Notes under the pieces: generated by a model
Seen by the model: only the letters and a program-made list of their open reading frames with translations
Databases searched by the model: none
What the model was told of the DNA's origin: nothing
In this document: piece after piece, positions 10,474 to 19,971 of the stretch
Position numbering within the stretch: position 1 is the first letter of the stretch
Layout of the letters: each line of letters starts with the position of its first letter
Program-made: the position numbers and the translations under genes
Assembly (NCBI GenBank): GCA_944363915.1
Contig: CALVVR010000003.1
Coordinates: 1 to 57,196 of the forward strand
DNA: 57,196 nt
Direction of reading: 5' to 3'
From: an uncultured Bacilli bacterium
Lineage (GTDB): Bacteria > Bacillota_I > Bacilli_A > RF39 > UBA660

Positions 10474-10659
10474 ATGATCCCTCCTTCCATACAACTACTT
10501 GACATTATAACACTTTTTTCTTTACTTTACAATAGTTTTATTACAAAACAAGATAAAAAATCATTTATATGTAAAATTTTGAAATTGCAATAAGCAATAA
10601 TATATTTACATCATTTAATATTTATTAATTATTTTATGTTGTCATATTTGTATTAATAA

Positions 10660-10694
10660 AAGAATGAACTTAGTCTTTTAGACAATTCATTCTT
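10660..10694 (-). terminator. Terminator of the peptide-export operon
   Basis: AAGAATGAA...TTCATTCTT inverted repeat with a short T run, just after the stop at 10708. Confidence 0.6.
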
Positions 10695-10707
10695 TCATTA
10701 GTCTATC

Positions 10708-10863
10708 TTAAATAGGACAAGTAGTTAATGTACGAATTGTACTTCCTATGATCGTACCTAACTTAAAAATTATTTCAATACAAATAGGAAAAAGGGGGAG
10801 TAAACATATTATAACAATAAATATGAAAATCAATTTATAATTTTTTTTAATTAAATTGGGCAC
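10708..10863 (-). CDS. 51-aa leaderless membrane peptide, candidate immunity/decoy protein (not in ORF track)
   Basis: GTG start with GGAGGT RBS 5 nt upstream: MPNLIKKNYKLIFIFIVIICLLPLFPICIEIIFKLGTIIGSTIRTLTTCPI*. Confidence 0.7.
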   Translation of the reverse strand: MPNLIKKNYKLIFIFIVIICLLPLFPICIEIIFKLGTIIGSTIRTLTTCPI

Positions 10864-11012
10864 ATAGTACCTCCAATAGCTCTTCTAATTGCACTTCCTA
10901 GACTTCTTCCAACATCAATAATAACAGATATGCCTCTATGAATTGCATTTATTAAACTACCAGTTATATTTATACCACCAACTATTTGTAGTAATTCTTT
11001 TTTTTCTAACAT
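10851..11012 (-). CDS. Double-glycine leader peptide B, bacteriocin-like (not in ORF track)
   Basis: MLEKKELLQIVGG|INITGSLINAIHRGISVIIDVGRSLGSAIRRAIGGTMCPI*; RBS AGGAGGTG. Confidence 0.85.
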   Translation of the reverse strand: MLEKKELLQIVGGINITGSLINAIHRGISVIIDVGRSLGSAIRRAIGGTMCPI

Positions 11013-11023
11013 TCTATCACCTC

Positions 11024-11164
11024 CTAATTACATTTTAACGGACGCATAAATCCATCGATAACACCAATTATAAAAACAACACCTGCGCCAATAAGTAAAC
11101 CGATACCTAGACTGATTCCTCCACCATGAATATTCATTAGTTGTTTTTGATTTAATTTCTCCAT
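11024..11164 (-). CDS. Double-glycine leader peptide A, class IIb bacteriocin-like (not in ORF track)
   Basis: MEKLNQKQLMNIHGG|GISLGIGLLIGAGVVFIIGVIDGFMRPLKCN*; several GxxxG motifs; RBS AAAGGA. Confidence 0.85.
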   Translation of the reverse strand: MEKLNQKQLMNIHGGGISLGIGLLIGAGVVFIIGVIDGFMRPLKCN

Positions 11165-11610
11165 AGTTTAAATTCCTTTCTTATTTCTTTGAATAATGTA
11201 GTTTGACTAGTTTCAAATACTAAATTTATAATATTATTTTCAATCAAATATTTATCATTCAATTTAGTTTTTACCACCACCTCATAAAATGGATAATTAT
11301 CAATTAAATAAAACTGATTACTAATAGATAATATTTTAAAATCTACACTTTCATTATCTATTAGTAATTTGTAGTTTGATAAATTCCCAACCTCATCTTC
11401 TTTAACATAAAATGACGGATAAAAGGAATCATCAACTTTTTTTATATATCCTAAATATGTCTTGTATGTATAATATTTATAATTTAAAGTAATAATTAAA
11501 AATATAACCAAAGAAATAATTAATACTATTATCCAAACTATAATAGCTTTGGACGTCTTGTTATTTAAAATATATGAAAAATTATTGTATATTTTTGGAT
11601 ATATCATCAA
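11152..11610 (-). CDS. Single-TM accessory protein of the peptide exporter (truncated HlyD/ComB-like, tentative)
   Basis: One N-terminal TM helix; overlaps both the ABC transporter and peptide A. Confidence 0.55.
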   Translation of the reverse strand: MMIYPKIYNNFSYILNNKTSKAIIVWIIVLIISLVIFLIITLNYKYYTYKTYLGYIKKVDDSFYPSFYVKEDEVGNLSNYKLLIDNESVDFKILSISNQFYLIDNYPFYEVVVKTKLNDKYLIENNIINLVFETSQTTLFKEIRKEFKLWRN

Positions 11611-13633
11611 CTATTTTTCCTTTCTCTATTTTAACTATTTTGTCAAATAGGTCCATATTATCTAAACGATGTGAAATAAATATAATTGTCTTAGCAGCAT
11701 AATTCTTGATTAAATTTTTAATAATTATTCTTTCCATATTAGTATCAACTTGATTTAAACCTTCATCAATAACAATAATATCAAAATTATTTGCTAAGGC
11801 ACGAGCTAAAATAATTCTTTGCCTTTCACCACCAGATAAATTAAAACCATTTTCTTCAATTAACATATTATAACCTAATTCGTTATTTTTAATTATTTCA
11901 TCGACTAAACATATTTTAGATATATCAATAATATTGTTACTATCAATGTTATTATAAATTGTATCAGAAAATAAAGTCTCATTTTGGGAAACATAGACAA
12001 TATTACTTTTTTGATAATCGTTTATATCAATATTATCAACATAAACTTTATCACGTGGGATATCATAATATTTTTTAAGTATTTTAAATAAAGTACTTTT
12101 CCCACTGCCACTTTCACCTATTACCATAACTTTACTATTTTTTTTTATTCTTAAATTAATATTTTCTAAAACATTTTTATCATCATTAAAACTATAGCTT
12201 AAATTTTTAAATACAATTTCGCCTTTCATTTTATTATCTAAAATACCTTTATTCTTTTTGTTATAAAATAAATTAAGAATTTTTTTAATAGCTATTTTAG
12301 ATTGTTTTATACTATCATCTAAATCGATGATATTACGAATTGGAGTCAAAAAATAAACTAATAATGAATTAAAAGATAATAATTGACCTATTGTTATGAC
12401 ATTATCGCTAACTAAAATAATGCCTACTAATATGATCGTGATAAATCCTAGATTGTTTATTATTTCTTTTAGTAATAGCTGATAATTATAACAATTGTCT
12501 AAATGATATATTTTATTTGAAAAATTAGCGTATTTATCTTCAAATTTTTGAAGGGCATTTTCTTCTTTGTTACATCCTTTTAATGTTTCATAACCATTAA
12601 TTCTTTCTACCATATAGGAAGTGATGTCAGCTTTTAATAAAGTTGTATCTTCGATTCTTTCATTTAAAGGATTTCTAAATATTATTAAAACCAACCAGTA
12701 TAAAAGCATTATTACTAAACTAATGATAAATAATTTTTCATTTAAAAAATACATAATAATTAAAGATAATAAAGTTAGTGGTAAATCAATAAAGAGACTA
12801 ATGGCAACTTTACTAATAACTTGTCTTACGACATCTAGATCATTTATTTTCGATATGATTTCACCTGTTGTATTATTTTTGTAGTAACAATAAGGGAGAT
12901 TTATGATTTGTTTAAAAGTATTATAAGTAAGATTGAGATCAATTTTTTGATTGACTAAAATAATTATTTTATTTCTTAAAAAATCTGAAATAATTTTCAT
13001 AATATAAACTAATAAAAACAACATAAAAATAAAATAAATTTTTCCTTGATTGGTTACGTTATCAACCATGTATTGCATATAAAATGATGTTATAATTGAA
13101 AATAATGTAATAAAAATCGAAATAATTATAATTTGAATCAATTGATTTGTTGAGGATTTTGTTATTTCTAAAATAAATTTTTTAATCGAGTTATTGGGGA
13201 TATTTTGGATAACTTTAATAGGGTATAAAAGAATAATTACATTAGTGAATATTTTACTAAATTCTAAATATGTATACGTATTAATATGGCCTATTGGATC
13301 ATATACTGTTATTTTTTTCTTTTTAAAATCGATTTTTTTTATTACAATATAATGCTTGTAGGAGTTATCTAAAACAACATGAGCAATACAAGGTAAGATT
13401 ATATTGTTTTTATCAATATCTTCTAATTGGCATTTGCATCCATAACTTTCAAAGCCACATTTTTTAGCAGCTTCAATTAAATGGTAAGCAGTTGTCCCAT
13501 TTTTATCAGTTTTACACATTTCTTTAAGTTCATTGATGTCAATATAACCTTTATAATGTTTTATTATCATCGATAAACATGTTGGACCACAATCTTTAAA
13601 ACCATCTTGTTTAATTAAATTTCTTTTAAACAT
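11582..13633 (-). CDS. Peptidase C39-containing ABC transporter (PCAT; SunT/ComA type)
   Basis: QDGFKDCG...HYIV...YDP C39 residues, TM domain, GESGSGKST, LSGGERQR, IDEG. Confidence 0.95.
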   Translation of the reverse strand: MFKRNLIKQDGFKDCGPTCLSMIIKHYKGYIDINELKEMCKTDKNGTTAYHLIEAAKKCGFESYGCKCQLEDIDKNNIILPCIAHVVLDNSYKHYIVIKKIDFKKKKITVYDPIGHINTYTYLEFSKIFTNVIILLYPIKVIQNIPNNSIKKFILEITKSSTNQLIQIIIISIFITLFSIITSFYMQYMVDNVTNQGKIYFIFMLFLLVYIMKIISDFLRNKIIILVNQKIDLNLTYNTFKQIINLPYCYYKNNTTGEIISKINDLDVVRQVISKVAISLFIDLPLTLLSLIIMYFLNEKLFIISLVIMLLYWLVLIIFRNPLNERIEDTTLLKADITSYMVERINGYETLKGCNKEENALQKFEDKYANFSNKIYHLDNCYNYQLLLKEIINNLGFITIILVGIILVSDNVITIGQLLSFNSLLVYFLTPIRNIIDLDDSIKQSKIAIKKILNLFYNKKNKGILDNKMKGEIVFKNLSYSFNDDKNVLENINLRIKKNSKVMVIGESGSGKSTLFKILKKYYDIPRDKVYVDNIDINDYQKSNIVYVSQNETLFSDTIYNNIDSNNIIDISKICLVDEIIKNNELGYNMLIEENGFNLSGGERQRIILARALANNFDIIVIDEGLNQVDTNMERIIIKNLIKNYAAKTIIFISHRLDNMDLFDKIVKIEKGKIVDDISKNIQ

Positions 13634-13692
13634 TTTTTACCTCCCTACTAGTTATATTGGTAAAAAGTTAGTAATTTCCTTTTCTTTGGCAA

Positions 13693-13729
13693 AAAAAATC
13701 GAAAAAATTTTAAATTTTTTCGATTTTTT
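13693..13729. terminator. Long palindromic terminator after rsmD
   Basis: AAAAAATCGAAAAAATTT...AAATTTTTTCGATTTTTT. Confidence 0.65.
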
Positions 13730-13757
13730 AATTTATGGGTAACAACTTTTTTAATTT

Positions 13758-14300
13758 TTACGTTTCTTTTACATTACTTTTAAGAAATATTTTTACTTGT
13801 TTACTACCATATTTTTTTTCTTTAAACAAAGTTAAATTGGTAGTTAAAAGCTCGTCTTCTAGTTCACAAACAATAATACCATTTTTATTTAACAAATTAT
13901 ATTCGATAATTTTTTCTAAAACTTGATTTAGCAAATTATCATGATATGGTGGATCTAAGAAAATAACATCAAATTTAACTTTATTTTTAAATTGTAATAA
14001 AGCTTTAAAACAATCTTCTTGAATTATTTCTTTATTATCAATTTTTAAAGTATTCTTTTTGATTGTTTCAATAGCTACTTTATTATTGTCGACAAAATAA
14101 CATTTTTTAGCGCCATTGCTTAACGCTTCGATTCCTAAACTACCACTTCCAGCAAACAAATCTAAGCAGATAGAATCTTTTAAGTAGTTTTGAATAATTG
14201 CAAACATTGATTCTTTTACTCGATCCATCGTCGGTCTTGTTCCTTTAATATCAAATCCTGATAATATTTTTCCTTTATATTTACCACTTATTACACGCAT
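13758..14300 (-). CDS. rsmD: 16S rRNA m2G966 methyltransferase
   Basis: MRVISG, RPTMDRVKES, LDLFAGSGSLGIEALS, FLDPPY. Confidence 0.96.
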   Translation of the reverse strand: MRVISGKYKGKILSGFDIKGTRPTMDRVKESMFAIIQNYLKDSICLDLFAGSGSLGIEALSNGAKKCYFVDNNKVAIETIKKNTLKIDNKEIIQEDCFKALLQFKNKVKFDVIFLDPPYHDNLLNQVLEKIIEYNLLNKNGIIVCELEDELLTTNLTLFKEKKYGSKQVKIFLKSNVKET

Positions 14301-14334
14301 AACATCACCTAAGTATATTATAACAAAAAAAGTT

Positions 14335-15570
14335 CTATTTTTTTAGAACTTCTAATGCTCGACGCATTTTTAAATCATATTTAACCATGTCTAGGCCGCC
14401 AAATAATTTTAAGAATTCATCTTTATCCATTTGATATTTAGTAGCTAAATTAGCAGCTTCGGTTTCAGCTTCTTCTAAAGTTACTTCAATTTTTTCTTCT
14501 TTAGCGATTTCTTCTAACATTAAACGATAAGTAACACGATTTTGGGCTTCTTCTTTCATTTGGTCTCTTAATGCTTGTTCATCACTATTTGTAAATTGAT
14601 AGAACATTTCTAAAGTAATTCCTTGCATTTTTAAATTTTCCTCATATTGTTTTAAAATGCGATCAATTTCTTCTTCAATCATAGCTTCAGGGATATCGAT
14701 TTTAGTGTTTTTTGCAGCTTCTGCCAATAAATCATCGATATATTTATTATCAGCTTCAGCTTCTTTTCTAACTTTAATGTTTTCTTCTAATTGTTTTTCT
14801 AAATCTTCCTTAGTTTCAATTCCTTCCATTCCTAAATCTAAGAAGAAATCTTTATTTAATTCTGGTAATTTTTGCTCTTTAATTTCTTTAACTTTTACTT
14901 TAAATACAACATCTTTACCCTTTAAATCTTCAGCATGGTAATCTTCCGGGAAAGTTAAATTAATATCTTTTTCTTCACCTTTTTCCATACCGATTATTTG
15001 TTCTTCAAATCCTGGAATAAATGTATTACTACCAATTTTTAATGAATAATCTTCACCTTTTCCGCCATCAAAAGCAACGCCATCTTTAAAGCCTTCAAAA
15101 TCGATTACAGCAACATCACCGTTTTCAACTTTTCCTTCTTTATCGATGTTTTCCATATATCTTTCACGCATTTGTTCAATAGCATCACTAACTTCTTTTT
15201 TAGTTACTTTGACAGTTTCTTTTTTTACATCTAAATCTTTATATTTTCCTAATTTAACTTCTGGTTTTAAAGTTAAATTAAATTTAAATTCAACATAATC
15301 ATCAGTTACAGCACTAAGGTTAATTTCTGGTTGAGCAACAATTACATCGTCACCGTTTTCTTTTAACATCATCTCATATGCTTCATTTAAACAAGATTCA
15401 GCTGCTTCCATGTAAAGACTAGTCATACCATACTTTTTGATATAAACATCTTTAGGAGCTTTGCCTGGTCTAAAACCATCTATTTTAGCTTCTTTATTTA
15501 ATTTTTTAAACGCTTTATCTAAAGCTTTTTTCCAATCTTCACCTTCGATTTTAATTATAACTTCTTTCAT
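14335..15570 (-). CDS. tig: Trigger factor
   Basis: IDGFRPGKAP signature; FKBP domain FIPGFEEQ...FPEDYHA. Confidence 0.97.
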   Translation of the reverse strand: MKEVIIKIEGEDWKKALDKAFKKLNKEAKIDGFRPGKAPKDVYIKKYGMTSLYMEAAESCLNEAYEMMLKENGDDVIVAQPEINLSAVTDDYVEFKFNLTLKPEVKLGKYKDLDVKKETVKVTKKEVSDAIEQMRERYMENIDKEGKVENGDVAVIDFEGFKDGVAFDGGKGEDYSLKIGSNTFIPGFEEQIIGMEKGEEKDINLTFPEDYHAEDLKGKDVVFKVKVKEIKEQKLPELNKDFFLDLGMEGIETKEDLEKQLEENIKVRKEAEADNKYIDDLLAEAAKNTKIDIPEAMIEEEIDRILKQYEENLKMQGITLEMFYQFTNSDEQALRDQMKEEAQNRVTYRLMLEEIAKEEKIEVTLEEAETEAANLATKYQMDKDEFLKLFGGLDMVKYDLKMRRALEVLKK

Positions 15571-15664
15571 TTATTTTCCTCCTTCAAAGTTCACTAAATA
15601 GTATATAATATTTAAACTTTATTTTCAAGTTAATTTTTAAAAAAACATCTAAATTAAAGATGTT

Positions 15665-16141
15665 TTAAAAAATTTCGACTACTTTAACGTCGTATTTGCC
15701 ATTAGGACTTTCAACTGATGCAACGTCACCAACTTTTAATCCTAAAATTGCTTGAGCGATCGGTGATTCGTTGGATATTTTATTTTCAAATGGATCAGCT
15801 TCTGTACTTCCAACGATTGTATAGGTCTCTATTTCCCCATCTGCAACATACTCTATTTTTACACTTGTTCCTATTGTTACTTTATCAGTTATAACATCAT
15901 CGATAACTTTGGCATTTTCAATTAATGCTTCTAATTCTTTGATTCTATTTTCAACAATTGCTTGATCGTTTCTAGCAGCATCATATTCAGCATTTTCTGA
16001 TAAGTCACCTAAAGCTCTTGCTTCTTTTAAAGCGTTAATAACTTCTGGACGTTTCACATTAATTAAATGGTCTAATTCATTTTTCATTTCTTCTAAACCA
16101 TTACTAGTAACATAAACTTCTTTGCTTGACATTTTGTTCAC
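15665..16141 (-). CDS. greA: Transcription elongation factor GreA
   Basis: ARALGDLSENAEYDAA, ISNESPIA. Confidence 0.97.
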   Translation of the reverse strand: MNKMSSKEVYVTSNGLEEMKNELDHLINVKRPEVINALKEARALGDLSENAEYDAARNDQAIVENRIKELEALIENAKVIDDVITDKVTIGTSVKIEYVADGEIETYTIVGSTEADPFENKISNESPIAQAILGLKVGDVASVESPNGKYDVKVVEIF

Positions 16142-16194
16142 CTCACTAATTTAAATCTAGAAAATAATACTACAATTTTAAAGTTTTGTCAATA

Positions 16195-17379
16195 CTAAAT
16201 TTTAATTCGCATCATATCATTAGTATTTAAAGGGAAATCAACTTTTAAATAAACAATTTGTTTAGGATGTCTAACTATTTCGATTAAATTGTGATCAGTA
16301 TCATAAATTTCGTTTATCTGATAAGTTGTGCCAATGTTATTAGGACCAAAGAATTCAATTGTATCTCCTACTTTAAAATAATTTCTTTGTTCGATTGTTG
16401 CTATTTTGCTAATTTTATCATAATCTAAAACGATACCTAAAAAGTCTTGGTTTGATGCTTCAATTCTATCGTTATAATAACTACAATTTTCATCATAATT
16501 ACCATCGAAAAATTGGACGATACTGTCTCTATTAGCTACCCTTGATAGTATATTCTCATATTTAGAATTGTATACATATTTTTTGTTATAAACATCATCA
16601 ATAGCTTTACGATAAATACTTACAACTGTGGCAATATAATAAATTGAACGCATTCTTCCTTCAATCTTCAACGAAGTAACACCCATTTCGCATATTTCTT
16701 TAATATGTTTTAAAAGTGATAAATCTTTAGAACAAAAAGTAAAATTTTTATCACCTTTAATTGTCTTTTTATTTTCATCCAACAAATTAAAATCCCAACG
16801 ACAAATTTGGCTACACCCACCTCGATTAGCATCACGATTAGTCAAATAATTAGATAAGACACATCTTCCACTAAAACTTGCACACATCGCACCATGAATA
16901 AATATTTCTACTTCTAGTCCAACTTTTTGAATTTCTTTGATCTCTTCTTTATTAGCTTCTCTACCTAATACTACTCTAGTTACACCTAAAACTTTTAAAT
17001 ATTCAACAGCTTCATAATTTAAAGTTGATTGCTGTGTAGAAATATGAACTTGTAAATTGGTATATTTTTTAGCTAAATCTAAAACTGTTAAATCACTTAC
17101 TATAATAGCGTCTACTTTTATTTCATCTAATTGACGTAAATAATCAATTAAAAATTTAATTTCTTTGTTGTGTAAGACAATATTGACAGTGACATAAACT
17201 TTTTTATTTAGATTATGAGCAAATTCTACACCTTCTTTTAATTGTTCCATCGTAAAATTAATAGCATTAGCTCTTAGTCCGAATAAAACGCCACCAATAT
17301 AAACCGCATCCGCTCCATATAAACAAGCTATCTTTAATCTTTCTAAATCTCCAGCTGGAGCTAATAATTCTGGTTTCAT
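16195..17379 (-). CDS. Peptidase U32 family tRNA hydroxylation protein (YrrO-like)
   Basis: PELLAPAG, HGAMCASFSGRC, NRGGCSQICR, LKIEGRMRS. Confidence 0.9.
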   Translation of the reverse strand: MKPELLAPAGDLERLKIACLYGADAVYIGGVLFGLRANAINFTMEQLKEGVEFAHNLNKKVYVTVNIVLHNKEIKFLIDYLRQLDEIKVDAIIVSDLTVLDLAKKYTNLQVHISTQQSTLNYEAVEYLKVLGVTRVVLGREANKEEIKEIQKVGLEVEIFIHGAMCASFSGRCVLSNYLTNRDANRGGCSQICRWDFNLLDENKKTIKGDKNFTFCSKDLSLLKHIKEICEMGVTSLKIEGRMRSIYYIATVVSIYRKAIDDVYNKKYVYNSKYENILSRVANRDSIVQFFDGNYDENCSYYNDRIEASNQDFLGIVLDYDKISKIATIEQRNYFKVGDTIEFFGPNNIGTTYQINEIYDTDHNLIEIVRHPKQIVYLKVDFPLNTNDMMRIKI

Positions 17380-18203
17380 TACTTCACCTTATAAACAGTT
17401 TCATTATAGAAAAAGCCTTTCTTTAAGTTATCAAATAATTTATTTAATTCTTCTTCTTTTTTATTGATATTTTCTCCATTAACGCTATTGAATATATCTA
17501 AAACTTCTCTAAATTTATCATCTTCAATTAAAAAGCTATTTAAAACAATATAATCATAATTTAAGATTAATTTTTCTTTTAAGCCATTTAAAATAAAATC
17601 AGTATAGACAACAGTTTCTTTATCATCAACTAATGGATAGATTCTATCTTCTTTTTCCATATAGTTTATTTTAGAATTATCACTTAAATTAAATGTTTTT
17701 AAATAGTTTTTGACCAAATGTCTTTGGGAGGCGAAAATAGGTAAATAACCAAACAAAGTTACCATTAATTTAGCTTTAGTATTTTCTTTTATTTCCTGCA
17801 TTTCTCTTAAAGTAATATCATTAGATACCCAAGTATATTTAATATTTTTATCATACCAAAAATTAATTGTATTATAGTTAGTAGTCATATGTTCTTGACT
17901 CCAAACTAAATCATAATTTAGATTTAACTTTTTAGCTAAATTAGGAATAGCTAAGTCGTAAAAGATAACACCTTTAATATTATAATCATTTAACTTGATT
18001 AAAGTATCTTTTAATAAATTGATATCTTCATTATGCATATTTTTGTTTAAACAAACAAATATTTCTTTATTGATATTTTTTAAATCTTCTAATTCAAAAT
18101 AAGTAGGCATATTAATACTTAAATCTTTAATCCCCATAATAATGCCATCACAGTTTAATTTAGCTTGATCTAAATTAGAAGGCATAATTAATGTTTTCAT
18201 CAA
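17379..18203 (-). CDS. Short U32-family partner (YrrN-like)
   Basis: Coupled to the U32 gene upstream of greA as in Bacillus yrrN-yrrO; LFGYLPIFASQRHLV motif. Confidence 0.75.
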   Translation of the reverse strand: MMKTLIMPSNLDQAKLNCDGIIMGIKDLSINMPTYFELEDLKNINKEIFVCLNKNMHNEDINLLKDTLIKLNDYNIKGVIFYDLAIPNLAKKLNLNYDLVWSQEHMTTNYNTINFWYDKNIKYTWVSNDITLREMQEIKENTKAKLMVTLFGYLPIFASQRHLVKNYLKTFNLSDNSKINYMEKEDRIYPLVDDKETVVYTDFILNGLKEKLILNYDYIVLNSFLIEDDKFREVLDIFNSVNGENINKKEEELNKLFDNLKKGFFYNETVYKVK

Positions 18204-18242
18204 ATCACCGGTTATATTATATCATATAATCAAAAAAAATGC

Positions 18243-18500
18243 TTATTCAGCATTTTTGTAAGCTTCTAAAATTTTATCTTGGAACATCTTACGAGTTTCT
18301 TGGTTAATTGGATGAGCTATATCACGATATTCCCCATTCGCTTTTTGACGGCTAGGCATAGCTATAAATAAACCATCATTACCTTCGATAATTCTAATGT
18401 CATGAATTGCAAAGCAATCATCAATTAGAACTGATGCTTTTCCTCTCATTCTTGAATTTTCTTTTTCTTCTTTACGAACTGTAACTGATGTAATTTCCAT
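18243..18500 (-). CDS. spoVG: Septation regulator SpoVG
   Basis: IHDIRIIEGNDGLFIAMPSR...YRDIAHPIN. Confidence 0.97.
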   Translation of the reverse strand: MEITSVTVRKEEKENSRMRGKASVLIDDCFAIHDIRIIEGNDGLFIAMPSRQKANGEYRDIAHPINQETRKMFQDKILEAYKNAE

Positions 18501-18564
18501 TAAAAACCTCTCCCTTCAGTATTACAATTTAAGTATAAACTATTTTTTTTAAAAAATCAATAGT

Positions 18565-18771
18565 TTAATAATCGATTTTTATTGTTTTTGTTATTATATC
18601 AGTATAAGTAAATGATTTTTTTTCATTGTTATTTAATTCAACTAAAAAAACATTTTCGTATAGTTCTTTGATAGTGACGTGATATTTTTCATATTTATTT
18701 CTTCCTAAATTATATTTAATTGTTACCTTTTGACCGACATAATCATTTAATTTACTTCTAACTTCTCCAAT
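18565..18771 (-). pseudogene. veg: Second copy of veg lacking its start codon
   Basis: Open frame IGEVRSKLNDYVGQKV...KIDY*, 64/68 aa identical to 19762-19971. The ATG position is GGT and an in-frame TAG lies two codons further upstream. Confidence 0.85.
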
Positions 18772-18800
18772 ACCACTCTATTATATGTTCTATTGGCGCA

Positions 18801-18953
18801 TTACAGTAAACTTAATATTTTATATCACAACCGATTAAATCATTCTTGAAATTTATTTAATTTAGATTATTATAATAACAAAAAGAATCTGATATAATCA
18901 ATCTCAAATATCCTTGTTACCATAGATTGGTACCTTTGCACACTCTCTTTATC
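18801..18953 (-). repeat. Dispersed ~150 bp repeat, copy B
   Basis: Reverse complement reads GATAAAG..TGTGCAAAGGTACCAATCTATGGTAACAAGGATATTTGAGATTGATTATA..., homologous to 1994-2143. Confidence 0.7.
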
Positions 18954-19445
18954 TTAAAATTCATTGTTTATATATTTTAAAAAATAATCAGTAGAAGATT
19001 TTACTGCTTGCTCTTCTACCAGTAATTTTTTCCAATCTTCTATAGTTACCCATTTTGCATTTTGTACCTCATTATCATTAAATTTTAAATCTATAATATT
19101 TATATTTTGCCTTAATACCCATACGTCAACATAATCTTTTTCTCTCTTATAAGATGCAATTAATTCTAAATTATCTATATTTGGGGTAATATCTAGCTCT
19201 TCTTTTAATTCTCTAAAAACTGTTTCAATGCTAGTTTCTCCTGCAACGCAAGCCCCACCTGTATTAGTCCACATATTAGGAAATTTTTTTCTATTTGCAC
19301 TTCTTTGTTGAATCAATATTTCATTTTTGTTATTAACAATCCATATATGGATTGATAATCTATATCTGCCATCTGGTACGGCATTTCTTTCACATGTTTC
19401 ACCTATAAATTCTTTTCTATTATTTAATAAATCTACTAATTCCAT
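18954..19445 (-). CDS. NUDIX hydrolase (IDI-like subfamily)
   Basis: GGACVAGETSIETVFRELKEELDI Nudix box, LIQQRS..KK.FP.MW; RBS AAAGGAAGAG before the ATG at 19445. Confidence 0.88.
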   Translation of the reverse strand: MELVDLLNNRKEFIGETCERNAVPDGRYRLSIHIWIVNNKNEILIQQRSANRKKFPNMWTNTGGACVAGETSIETVFRELKEELDITPNIDNLELIASYKREKDYVDVWVLRQNINIIDLKFNDNEVQNAKWVTIEDWKKLLVEEQAVKSSTDYFLKYINNEF

Positions 19446-19761
19446 TTTACTCTTCCTTTCTTTAATACGTTTATTAAACTTATTTAATGAAATAAAGCAA
19501 TTTTCATTAATATTGATAGCTAAACTTTTATCTAATAATGGTTCTAGTAACTTTTTATTACCATATATACAATTATAACATAAATTATTAATTAAAAAAT
19601 CAAGTTTATTATAAAATTCAGCTTTTATTATGTTTATCACAAAACTCTTTACACTAACAAACTTCTATTTATAACTATTAATTGTTAGAAAAAAGGACTG
19701 TATAATAATCACAGTCTAAATTTTGTTGGCTATAAAATAATTATATTATAATTATAATCTT

Positions 19762-19971
19762 TTAATAATCGATTTTTATCGTTTTAGTTATTATATCAGT
19801 ATAAGTGAAAGACTTTTTCGCATTATTATTTAATTCAACTAAAAAAACATTTTCATATAATTCTTTGATGGTGACGTGATATTTTTCATATTTATTTCTT
19901 CCCAAATTATATTTAATTGTAACTTTTTGTCCAATATAGTTATTTAGTTTACTTCTTACTTCACTAATCAT
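19762..19971 (-). CDS. veg: Veg family protein
   Basis: GQKVTIKYNLGRNK...LYENVFLVE...SFTYTDII; follows yabG. Confidence 0.92.
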   Translation of the reverse strand: MISEVRSKLNNYIGQKVTIKYNLGRNKYEKYHVTIKELYENVFLVELNNNAKKSFTYTDIITKTIKIDY

